The notes beneath the pieces are model-generated. The model did no database searches and was not told where the DNA came from. It worked only from the letters and a program-made list of their open reading frames with translations. The position numbers and the translations under genes are program-made. Below are positions 1-8,400 of a DNA stretch of 32,000 nucleotides, piece by piece; the first letter of the stretch is position 1, and the number at the start of each line of letters is the position of its first letter. The stretch covers positions 2,790,001 through 2,822,000 of the forward strand of contig NC_007517.1 of the NCBI RefSeq assembly GCF_000012925.1. The letters are read 5' to 3'. Source of the DNA: Geobacter metallireducens GS-15. GTDB taxonomy: Bacteria; Desulfobacterota; Desulfuromonadia; Geobacterales; Geobacteraceae.

Positions 1-255
1 GAGGGACTTATCGACTGCATCTCTGTCAGCCTCAACGCTGCCGACGCCGAAACCTACGCCCGCCTCTGCAACACCCCCTTCGGCACGGCGGGTTTCGACG
101 GCATCTGCCGGTTCCTCACGGAAGCGACGAAGCATATCCCGAAGGTAGTGGCCACGGCGGTCACCGTGCCGGGGGTTGACATCGCAGCCGTGCGGAGCCT
201 TGCCGAGACTCTGGGGGTGGAATTCCGGGAACGGGAGTACGCCGAGGTGGGATAG
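1..255 (+). CDS. radical SAM family protein, C-terminal fragment (5' end lies upstream of the window)
   Basis: Frame 1 is open from nt 1 to TAG at 253-255. The translation EGLIDCISVSLNAADAETYARLCNTPFGTAGFDGICRFLTEATKHIPKVVATAVTVPGVDIAAVRSLAETLGVEFREREYAEVG resembles the C-terminal half of small radical SAM proteins (from memory, the TatD-associated subfamily). An intrinsic terminator follows. Confidence 0.5.
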   Translation, partial: EGLIDCISVSLNAADAETYARLCNTPFGTAGFDGICRFLTEATKHIPKVVATAVTVPGVDIAAVRSLAETLGVEFREREYAEVG

Positions 256-292
256 CACCTGCCGGAACCGGTATTTTTATTTTAACTAAATA

Positions 293-318
293 AAGCCTGC
301 CCTCGGCGGGCTTTTTTT
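293..318 (+). terminator. rho-independent terminator after the radical SAM gene
   Basis: Hairpin AGCCTGCC-ctc-GGCGGGCT (one G-U wobble) followed by a run of seven T (312-318). Confidence 0.8.
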
Positions 319-343
319 ATTATCGCTGCTGCAACCATTCTCC

Positions 344-359
344 TTGCATTCATGCGAAT
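344..359 (+). promoter_or_regulatory. copy 1 of direct repeat TTGCATnnnTGCGAAT (possible activator/enhancer-binding site)
   Basis: TTGCATTCATGCGAAT at 344-359 recurs as TTGCATGATTGCGAAT at 469-484 (13/16 identical). Both lie upstream of the sigma-54-like promoter at 580-595. Confidence 0.25.
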
Positions 360-468
360 CAATCGCACCCGCGCCAATCACAAGCCTAACACCTTAATTT
401 TACTAACCATTACAACCGCACCACATCCTTGTCATCGATCTTGAGTCCGCCAAACGTATAACTAAATT

Positions 469-484
469 TTGCATGATTGCGAAT
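469..484 (+). promoter_or_regulatory. copy 2 of direct repeat TTGCATnnnTGCGAAT
   Basis: See copy 1. This copy lies about 100 bp upstream of the -24/-12 element, a typical distance for bacterial enhancer-binding protein sites. Confidence 0.25.
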
Positions 485-579
485 TACCGGAACAATCACC
501 CTCTGGCCACGCAAGCGACCAACATTCATAACCAATCGATTTACTTGAATTTTGTAAAATATACTCAATTTTATAACAA

Positions 580-595
580 TGGTATGCAAGTTGCT
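580..595 (+). promoter_or_regulatory. sigma-54 (RpoN) type -24/-12 promoter candidate for the MFS transporter
   Basis: TGGTATGCAAGTTGCT compared with consensus TGGCACG-N4-TTGCW. The GG and GC dinucleotides have the correct 10-nt spacing. The predicted start is about 50 nt upstream of ATG 657. Confidence 0.45.
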
Positions 596-656
596 GAAGG
601 AGAGATGTATGAAAAATCGTTAAATGTCGCGAACGTCATAAAAGGAGGTATCAACC

Positions 657-2021
657 ATGTCGGACACGGTCAAGAACAGGGGATGGCAAGTGACCCTGGC
701 GGGGACAGGCATCAACCTGGCCCTGGGAGTTCTCTACGCATGGAGCATCTTCAAGGGGGCGATCAAGTCGTCCATCGAAAAGGGGGGCCCCGGCGCATTC
801 AACTGGGACAAGGCCTCCATCAACGACCCCTACGCAATCTGCTGCCTCGCCTTCGCCTTCTCCATGATCATTGCCGGCAAGGCCCAGGACAAGATCGGTC
901 CGGCACGCACCGCCCTCATCGGCGGCGTTCTCGTGGGCACCGGCTTTGCCATCCTCTCCCAGAGCAACAGCTACCTAGCCTGGGTAATCGGCTTTGGGAT
1001 CCTGGCCGGCTCCGGCTTCGGCTTCGGGTACTCGGCGGCAACGCCCCCGGCCCTCAAGTGGTTCCCCTCCAGCAAGACGGGTCTCATCGCCGGCATTGTC
1101 GTGGCCGGTTTCGGCCTGGCGCCGGTCTACATCGCCCCCCTCGCCACCTGGCTCCTGGGCTCCGTGGGGATCCAGACCTCCATGCTCATCCTGGCCGCAG
1201 CCTTTGCGATTGTGGTCTGCGGCCTCTCCTTCTTCCTGGTGAACCCTCCTGCCGGGTACGTTCCGGCCGACGCTCCCAAGAGTGATGCCGCAGCCAAGGC
1301 GGCGCCTGCCAAACCGACGGTCAATGCAACGGCGGGCGAAATGCTCAAGTCGGGCAAGTTCTATATCCTCTGGATCACCTACTTCATTGGCGCCGGCGCA
1401 GGCCTCATGGTCATCGGCAGCGTGGCCGGCATCGCCAAGAAGAGCATGGGCTCCATGGCGTTCCTGGCGGTTGCCATCATGGCGCTGGGCAACGCGGGCG
1501 GCCGCGTCGTGGCCGGCATCCTCTCCGACAAGATCGGCCGGATGGCAACCCTCTGCATCATGTTCGTCTTCCAGGCGGCCCTCATGTTCGCCGCCATCCC
1601 CCTCGTGGGGGCCGGGCACCCCAATGCCGTTCTCATCGTGCTCCTGGCCACTTTCATCGGCTTCAACTACGGCGCCAACCTCTCCCTCTTCCCCTCCTTC
1701 AGCAAGGACTACTGGGGGCTCAAGAACTACGGACTCAACTACGGCCTCCTCTTCACCGCATGGGGCGTGGGGGGCTTCGTGATGGGGCGCGTCTCCGAGA
1801 TGCTCAACACCTCGACCGGCAGCTTCACCACCTCCTTCACCCTGGCCGGCTCGCTTCTGATCGGCGGCGCGGTCATGAGTCTCGCGCTGCGGCCGGCCAA
1901 GGCGGCCAAGCCGGCCGAAGTCGCCATTGCCGAGCCTTCAGCCCGTGGCGTGTTCATGGAAAGCTTCATGCGCGGCTGCGCCGACTTCCTCGGCTTCACC
2001 CCCAGTCCGCGCGGCTTCTGA
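657..2021 (+). CDS. MFS transporter, oxalate/formate antiporter (OFA) family-like
   Basis: 454-aa ORF with strong SD AAAGGAGG 8 nt upstream of the ATG. About 12 hydrophobic segments. The N-terminus GWQVTLAGTGINLALGVLYAWSIF and the NAGGRVVAGILSDKIGR loop are typical of OFA-family MFS proteins. A terminator follows. Confidence 0.9.
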   Translation: MSDTVKNRGWQVTLAGTGINLALGVLYAWSIFKGAIKSSIEKGGPGAFNWDKASINDPYAICCLAFAFSMIIAGKAQDKIGPARTALIGGVLVGTGFAILSQSNSYLAWVIGFGILAGSGFGFGYSAATPPALKWFPSSKTGLIAGIVVAGFGLAPVYIAPLATWLLGSVGIQTSMLILAAAFAIVVCGLSFFLVNPPAGYVPADAPKSDAAAKAAPAKPTVNATAGEMLKSGKFYILWITYFIGAGAGLMVIGSVAGIAKKSMGSMAFLAVAIMALGNAGGRVVAGILSDKIGRMATLCIMFVFQAALMFAAIPLVGAGHPNAVLIVLLATFIGFNYGANLSLFPSFSKDYWGLKNYGLNYGLLFTAWGVGGFVMGRVSEMLNTSTGSFTTSFTLAGSLLIGGAVMSLALRPAKAAKPAEVAIAEPSARGVFMESFMRGCADFLGFTPSPRGF

Positions 2022-2054
2022 CGCCGGAAACAGCAACATCCATCATGCAAACGG

Positions 2055-2082
2055 AAAGGCTCCGCTCCAGCGGGGCCTTTTT
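2055..2082 (+). terminator. rho-independent terminator after the MFS gene
   Basis: AAA-GGCTCCGC-tcca-GCGGGGCC-TTTTT; 8-bp stem with one G-U pair. Confidence 0.75.
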
Positions 2083-2117
2083 CGTTCCCTGAATGATGAC
2101 TACCGACACGAGAGAGC

Positions 2118-2147
2118 TTGACAAGGCGTGGCGCCGGCACGTATATC
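2118..2147 (+). promoter_or_regulatory. sigma-70-like promoter candidate for exeA/gspB
   Basis: TTGACA (2118-2123), 18-nt spacer, TATATC (2142-2147); about 60 nt upstream of ATG 2209. Confidence 0.4.
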
Positions 2148-2208
2148 CAATGGGATTCCCGATTATTTCAAGCACGCTCCGGCCCCCCGCCGGATTCGGT
2201 GAAACCCC

Positions 2209-3897
2209 ATGTACTGCGACCATTTCGGCTTCAGCGAACACCCCTTTGCCCTCACCCCGAACCCCGCGTTCCTCTTCCTGAGTTCGCGCCATCAGGAGGC
2301 GTTCGCCCACCTTCTCTATGGCATCGACACCCGCGCCGGCTTCATCGAGCTGTCGGGAGAGGTGGGCACCGGGAAGACCACTGTCATCCGGACCTTCCTC
2401 AACCAGCTCGACCCGGAAACCCATCGGACCGCCCTCGTCTTCAACCCGACGGTTTCCCCCCTGGGGCTCTTGCAGGGAATCATCCGGGAGTTCGGCCTCC
2501 CCGGCACGAGCACCGAGAAGAGTGAGCTCCTCGAAACCCTCAACCGCTTCCTCCTGGACGAAAACCGGGCCGGCCATACGGTGGTCCTGGTCATCGACGA
2601 GGCCCAGAACCTCTCCCCCGAGGTCCTGGAGCAGATCCGGCTCATCTCCAACCTGGAGACCGAGCGGGACAAGCTGATCCAGATCGTGCTCGTGGGACAG
2701 CCGGAACTGAGACACCTCCTGGCCCGGCAGGAACTCCGCCAACTGGACCAGCGGATCACGGTCCGCTACCACCTGGAGCCCATGGGACTCGACGACACGA
2801 AAAACTATATCCGCCACCGGATCAGGATCGCCGCCGGGGGGCGGGAGCCGGTGATTTTCTCCGCCGGCGCCGTAAAGAAGATATTCGGCTTTTCCGGGGG
2901 ACTTCCCCGGCTCATCAACGCCGCCTGCGACCGGGCACTCCTCCTGGCCTACACCACCGAGGCCCGCGAGGTTTCGCCCGCCATGGCAGCCGCTGCCATT
3001 GCCGACGTGGCCACGGAAGCCCGCCCCCCCTCGCCGTCCCGACGCTTCGCGGTCGCTGCCGCCCTCATCCTGGTGGCGGCCCTGGGGGCAGGAACCTTCG
3101 CCGTGACGCGGAAAGGGGGCGAATCCCTTCCGTCCGCATCCCCTCCCCCGACCGAGCCGGCCGCATCCGGCGAGCAACCCCTCAAACGCACGGCGGCCTT
3201 AGCCGGCCTTGCCGCCGTGCCGGAGAAGGACAACCTCTCGGCCGCGGTCAATACCATCCTCCGGTCGTGGCAGGCTCCACCCGTCGCCTCCAGTCCGTCA
3301 CCAGCCGATCTCCGCTCCCTTGCCCGGGAGCGGGGGCTGACCGTGACCGAACTCTCGGGCACCCTCAATGACCTGGCCCGCCTCGACACCCCCGCCCTTC
3401 TCCACATCACCCTTCCCCAAGGGGGGAAACGCCTCGTGGCCCTGACCTCCCTCGACAAAGGGCACATCGGCATCGATCCACCCATTGCCGGACACTCGAC
3501 CCTGACCGGGGGTGAGCTGTCGACACTCTGGAGCGGCCGCGCTTCGGTGATCTGGAAGAATTTTCATGGCATTCCCTCCCGGCTGAAGCCGGGGGGGAGG
3601 AGCAAAGCGGTCGGACAACTGCAGGAACTGCTGAAGGGAGCGGGATACTACGCAGGGAGGATATCCGGAACCTACGACACCGTCACCCAGGAGGCAATCC
3701 GCTCTTTCCAGACGGCGGAGGGGCTCGATGCCGACGGCAGGACCGGGGAAAAGACCCTGCTCCTCCTTTACCGGAGAGCCGGAGGGTTCTTTCCGCCCGG
3801 CCTCACCCAGGGAAAAACGGCTGCCCGGACAGAGGCGGGTGACCGTTCCCGGGGAAAAGTGGCACAGACACGATCAAACGGAGAGCAGAGCCGATGA
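2209..3897 (+). CDS. gspA: ExeA/GspA-like AAA ATPase with C-terminal peptidoglycan-binding domain (type II secretion accessory protein A)
   Basis: Walker A GEVGTGKTT (2356-2382) and Walker B VVLVIDEAQNL. One TM segment (FAVAAALILVAALGAGTFAV). Periplasmic PG_binding_1-like motif VGQLQELLKGAGYYAGRISGTYDTVTQEAIRSFQTAEGLDADGRTGEKT (about 3610-3771). The stop overlaps the next start (ATGA). Confidence 0.85.
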   Translation: MYCDHFGFSEHPFALTPNPAFLFLSSRHQEAFAHLLYGIDTRAGFIELSGEVGTGKTTVIRTFLNQLDPETHRTALVFNPTVSPLGLLQGIIREFGLPGTSTEKSELLETLNRFLLDENRAGHTVVLVIDEAQNLSPEVLEQIRLISNLETERDKLIQIVLVGQPELRHLLARQELRQLDQRITVRYHLEPMGLDDTKNYIRHRIRIAAGGREPVIFSAGAVKKIFGFSGGLPRLINAACDRALLLAYTTEAREVSPAMAAAAIADVATEARPPSPSRRFAVAAALILVAALGAGTFAVTRKGGESLPSASPPPTEPAASGEQPLKRTAALAGLAAVPEKDNLSAAVNTILRSWQAPPVASSPSPADLRSLARERGLTVTELSGTLNDLARLDTPALLHITLPQGGKRLVALTSLDKGHIGIDPPIAGHSTLTGGELSTLWSGRASVIWKNFHGIPSRLKPGGRSKAVGQLQELLKGAGYYAGRISGTYDTVTQEAIRSFQTAEGLDADGRTGEKTLLLLYRRAGGFFPPGLTQGKTAARTEAGDRSRGKVAQTRSNGEQSR

Positions 3898-4550
3898 GCC
3901 TGATACTCGATGCACTGAGAAAAATGGAGCAGGAACGCAAGGCCCGCCAGGGTGGCGGCATTGACATCCGACCGGATGTGCTGGGGCATACCCGTATCGA
4001 ATCCGCAGGGAGGTCATGGGGAAGCAAGCCCTTCATCCTCGTTGCCGCCGGCATCGTCCTCCTGGCGGCGGGCGTCGGGACAGGCATCGTGCTGAAGAAG
4101 GGAACCGAAGGTGAAAAACCGGAACAGTCCCGCTCCGTCGACCGGAACAGGCCACTTCCCGTTGAGGAGGTGACCTCTGTCACAGTCCCTTCCCCCCCAC
4201 CCCTCACGCCCACCCCAACGGAAGCGCCACCGGCTGCCATACCGGCGAAACCGGCAGCGCCCCCAGCACCCGTCGCGGCACCGGCTCCGGCGCCGAAACC
4301 GGTTCAGCGCTCTGTCGCAGCGGAGCAGCCGGCACCTTCCGAGTATCCCGGGGCGAACCTCACCGTCTCGGGCATTGCCTGGCAGGAGGAGCGGAGCCTG
4401 CGGCGGGCCGTGGTGAACGGGAACCTTGTGGGAGAAGGGGCCGAGGTTGCCGGCGCCCGGGTGGTCGAGATCGGCGAGCGGCGCGTGAAATTCTCTCAGG
4501 GTGGCCGGACCATCAGCGTATCGCTTTCATCTCCGTTCCAGGGGCGTTGA
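3894..4550 (+). CDS. gspB: GspB/ExeB-like type II secretion accessory protein
   Basis: N-terminus MSLILDALRKMEQER, one TM segment, a Pro/Ala-rich linker, and a C-terminal GIAWQEERSLRRAVVNGNLVGEGAEVAGARVVEIGERRVKF motif typical of the T2SS protein B domain. ATGA overlap with gspA. Confidence 0.75.
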   Translation: MSLILDALRKMEQERKARQGGGIDIRPDVLGHTRIESAGRSWGSKPFILVAAGIVLLAAGVGTGIVLKKGTEGEKPEQSRSVDRNRPLPVEEVTSVTVPSPPPLTPTPTEAPPAAIPAKPAAPPAPVAAPAPAPKPVQRSVAAEQPAPSEYPGANLTVSGIAWQEERSLRRAVVNGNLVGEGAEVAGARVVEIGERRVKFSQGGRTISVSLSSPFQGR

Positions 4551-4573
4551 CTGGAAGAAGACGCGGTTGAGCG

Positions 4574-5380
4574 TTACCTGTTCCCCTTCTTCCGGGTGGG
4601 GCGCTCGAAGCGGCTGACGGGAATGGTGATCCCCTTCTTTACGTCGCCATAGTCCACATTGACCGCCGAGGGGATATCGCCCCCAAAGGTTGCGTAGACA
4701 GTCCCCTCGGCGGGTTCCCCACCGCCGTAGACATCCCTCACCTTCAGATAATACACCCCGCCCGCCGCGACCCGCAGAAGGTAGTTTCCCTCCTTGCCGG
4801 ACCGCTCCGAGACGAAAAGCGGCTTTCCCACCATTGTTGGCGAGGTGAACGCAAAGACGATGACCCCCTCAACGGGTTTTCCATCCCCATCGACGATTGT
4901 CCCTTCAATGGCGGTAAACCCCGCGGGACGTGCCGCTGCCGTTTCTTTGCCAAAGGGACGAACGCCGGCAATGGTCCCGGCGCCGGCCGTTTCCCCACCC
5001 TTTACGGTGAACGTCGCAGGCATTCCCTTGGCATCGGCGGCAACAAGAAAGAGCTCCCCATCCTTCGGCGGACCGATCTCCTTGCGGTTGTTCCGCTTGA
5101 TCGCCGCCAGGTAGTAGGCGCCCGCCTCCACCGCGACCGAGAACCGGCCGTCATCGTCCAGATCCTCCACATAATCGGGAACCAGCCAGTACCGGTCCGG
5201 GGCCGGCGGCGGACCGGCGCCCCGCCTGAACAGCACAACCGAGCCGTTAGCCAGCGGATTTTCCCCCTCGCCCAAAACCCGTCCGTTCAGCGTTCCGGTC
5301 TGCACCGGACCGGCCGCTACGGCGCCACTCGCCACAAGCAGACCGAGAACCGCTCCCCACAGCAGCCTGAAAATCATCAT
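4574..5380 (-). CDS. secreted protein with two tandem CarboxypepD_reg (transthyretin-like) domains
   Basis: The track ORF starts at 5581 and overlaps the giant gene. The ATG-ATG at 5380 is preceded by GGGGAGG and gives the signal peptide MMIFRLLWGAVLGLLVASGAVAAG. There are two repeats of the G-x-V-x-(G/D)-x-(G/D/E)-x-P-(L/V)...G-x-Y-x-L pattern (GTLNGRVLGEGENPLANGSVVLF..GAYYLAAI and IEGTIVDGDGKPVEGVIVFAF..GVYYLKV). Confidence 0.75.
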   Translation of the reverse strand: MMIFRLLWGAVLGLLVASGAVAAGPVQTGTLNGRVLGEGENPLANGSVVLFRRGAGPPPAPDRYWLVPDYVEDLDDDGRFSVAVEAGAYYLAAIKRNNRKEIGPPKDGELFLVAADAKGMPATFTVKGGETAGAGTIAGVRPFGKETAAARPAGFTAIEGTIVDGDGKPVEGVIVFAFTSPTMVGKPLFVSERSGKEGNYLLRVAAGGVYYLKVRDVYGGGEPAEGTVYATFGGDIPSAVNVDYGDVKKGITIPVSRFERPTRKKGNR

Positions 5381-5420
5381 TGCCTCCCCGGTGTATGGCC
5401 CACACGGCCCATGAACATTC

Positions 5421-8400
5421 CTATTTGCAGTTGCTGTCGCCCGGCACATAGGCCTGGGTCGTGGCTGACGCGGTGTTGCTGTAAGGCGATTTATCGCTGC
5501 CCCGATAGGCCCGCACCCGGTAGGTATAGCTCTTGAGGGGTTCGATGCCAATGGCATCGACATAGGTGGTAACGTTGGCACCCACCGTGGCCGTCTTCAC
5601 CCACTTGTCGTTCCATGCCTTGACCTCGATTTCGTACCCCTCTTCATCCGATGCCATGTCGGCCCAATTCAGCCTGATCGTGAAGGCATTGAGGGGGGTG
5701 GCGGTCAGGGTCTGGGGCTGGGCGGAGATGGCCGTCCCGCAGGCGATGTTCGTGTAGAGCGCCTCCCAGCCGGTGGTGCAGGCAGCGGTTTTCTCGGCCT
5801 TGACGCGGTAGCAGTACTGGATCGACGGGGTAAGGCCCGGATGCGTGTAAATCGCCGTCCCCCCCGCAACGGTGGCGATCTGCGTTGCGCTGGAGCAGTC
5901 ACCATTGTTGCACCCGTAGATGACGAAGCGGGTCTCGTCGGGGATCGGGTCGCCCCAACCGAGCAACAGCGAGGTATCCGTTGCCGGCGTGACGGTCAGG
6001 ACACCCGGCGCAACGGGAGCGGGTGTGGTTGCTGTGGCGGTGGCGCTGGCCGGCCCCGTGTACCCGGCGGTGAAGGTATACCCCGCCGACTGCTCCTCGG
6101 CGCCGACGGTTGCCGACGGCTCGGTTGCCGCGTACTTGCGCACCCTGATCCAGTCCCAGTCCGTGGCGTAGGGCTGGTCGTTGGAGGCGTCGGTATCATA
6201 GCGGCGCCCCAAGACGATGGGCTCCGCCGCCACGCCGTTGTTGACGTTCCCCGCGTTCCAGTAGAGGACGCCGGTATCGAAGTTGGTCGCCTGCATATTG
6301 ACCCACGACGCATCTATCACGGCCATGGAGTAGAGCATGTTTGCGGTGGTCGTCGGGGTTCCCCCCTTGGCGGTGTAGGAATTGTTATTGATAAAGTGGA
6401 CATAGGCGGGGTGCTCAAGCCACCCCACGTTATTGTACGACCCGGCAGAGAACCCACCGATGATCTGTCCGTCGATGGCAAACGAGGTGGTCTTCGCCTT
6501 GATGTCGAGAATGACTCCCGGCGAATAGCTGGTTTTGGATGTCAGTCGGCCCGTCACGTTGGTGCCGTGGAGATAGCCGCCGGAGACCGAGAAGCCGGTG
6601 CCGTCGGTGACCGTCCATTTGGTCGTGTCAATGGCGTTGTCGGTGAAATCATCGAAGAAGTCGAAGACGAGAGCGCCGCTGGCGATGCTTTCGGCGTTGG
6701 GATTCCCGTAGTAGAGATGGATGGTGCTGCTGGTCCTGGTCTTCACCCAGACCGTGGCGGTGGAGCTGTCGGTCTTCTTCTCGATCCAGTAGGGGAGTTC
6801 CTGGTTGGTGGCGGGATCGAAGAAGCGGATATCCGAGAAATCGGCTTTCATGCCGGCATCATAGGCAACCGTCATCTTTGTCTGGAAGTTGGGCTGGAAG
6901 TTGGCAATGGTGATCGGCTTGCGGCGGGTCCACGAACCTCCCCCGCCAGAGGAGAGCCCCACGTTCACCGCCTTGATCTGGTAGGTGTATGCGGTGCCGG
7001 GGCAGACACCGGTGTCCTCGTAGCTGGTGGCGTGACCCGGCGAATAGCCAACGAGCGAGAAGTTGCTGCATGGGTTCCCCATACACCGCTCAATCCGGAA
7101 ACCGGTGTCGGAGGGTGAATTGTCGGTCCAGCGCAGGGTGACGGAGGTACTGCTGGATGCGGAGGCGGTCAGACTGGTGGGCGCCAGGACCGTCGTGGAT
7201 GCCGAAACGATGCCGTTGGTGTTGTAGGCGCTGTAGGAGGTGCAGGATGCCGTCCGCTTGGCATGGAGCCGGTACCGGTACGTGGTGTCGGGGAGAAGCC
7301 CCACGTCATTGTAGGACGTGGGGCCCGCGGGAAGCTCGATGGTGTCCGCTCCGCTGAAATCGCACGTGGCGCCGCTGCAGCGCTCGATGACGAAGTTGGT
7401 CTCGTCGTTGCTGGCGTCGGTCCAGGTCAGGTTGATCTGGGATTCGCTTCCCCTTGTGGCGCTGAAGCCGGTCGGGGCCGCGATGGTCGGCGTGGTGATC
7501 GACTTGGTGGCGCTCGGCTGGCCGGTGTAGAGCCAGTCGGAGGTATAGCAGCCGCCGGCCTGCTCTTCAGCCCCGAGGGAAACCGTGGGAATGGCGGCGG
7601 CATAGCGGGAGGTGATTTCCTGGGCGGTGAGCGCGCGGTTGTAAATCCGCACCTCGTCTATAAGGCCGTTGAAGTAGCGGCCGGGATAGTCGAGGACACC
7701 GACCGCCAGGTTGACGGAAGAGAGATTCGGCAGATAGGGGAGTGTCGTGGCCCCCACCTGCTGGCCGTTCACGTAGAGCGTTGCCGACTGGCCGTTCAGG
7801 ACCGCAGCCACGTGGTTCCAGGCGTTGAGGGTGGCCGTGGCGCCGCTTCCCGGCACATAGTCGTTGCACCAGGTCGGCATGCTGGGACGGCCGCTGTTCT
7901 GGATGCTCAGGGCGAAACCGAGGCCGTTGCAGCCACGGCTGCTCCAGGAAACGATGCCGTTGTATGAAGCGTCGGCATAGACCTTGGGATAGATCCATGC
8001 CTCCACCGTCGCGACACTACCAGTCGGCACGTTGGGGGCCGCCCGGTTGGCCCAGGCCCCGCCACCGTTCAGGCTGAGGGCATTGCCGTAGGGGCCGCCG
8101 CTCACAACACCGTAGGGAGCGCTGAAACCGTTCATGGTCAGGTCGTTACCGGCGCCGCTGAAGTCCTTCGTGGTACCGGTGGTGGTCCCGGCATTTTCAT
8201 TGAAAGGAAAGTAGGCCATGAGGCCGGAACCGAACACCCCAGATTGGGAACCGACAGCCAATGCCGACGGGTTGCCATAATACAGATAAATGGAAGCCGT
8301 TTTGCCGGTCTTGAGCCACAAGGTGGCCGTGGCGCCGTTGGTCTTGCTCTCGATCCAGTAGGGGAGCTCTCCACCGGTGCCTTGATCGATGAAGCGCAGG

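Noticed and set aside
609-623. Mini-ORF ATG AAA AAT CGT TAA with a good SD (AAGGAG) upstream of the MFS gene
   Set aside because: If the sigma-54-like promoter at 580-595 is used, the SD lies upstream of the transcription start. A 4-codon ORF has no supporting evidence.
473-3485. ORFs 473-1285, 975-1619, 1282-1782, 1996-3177 and 2949-3485
   Set aside because: They overlap the MFS transporter or exeA in other frames or on the other strand. They have no motifs and a Pro/Arg/Ser-rich composition.
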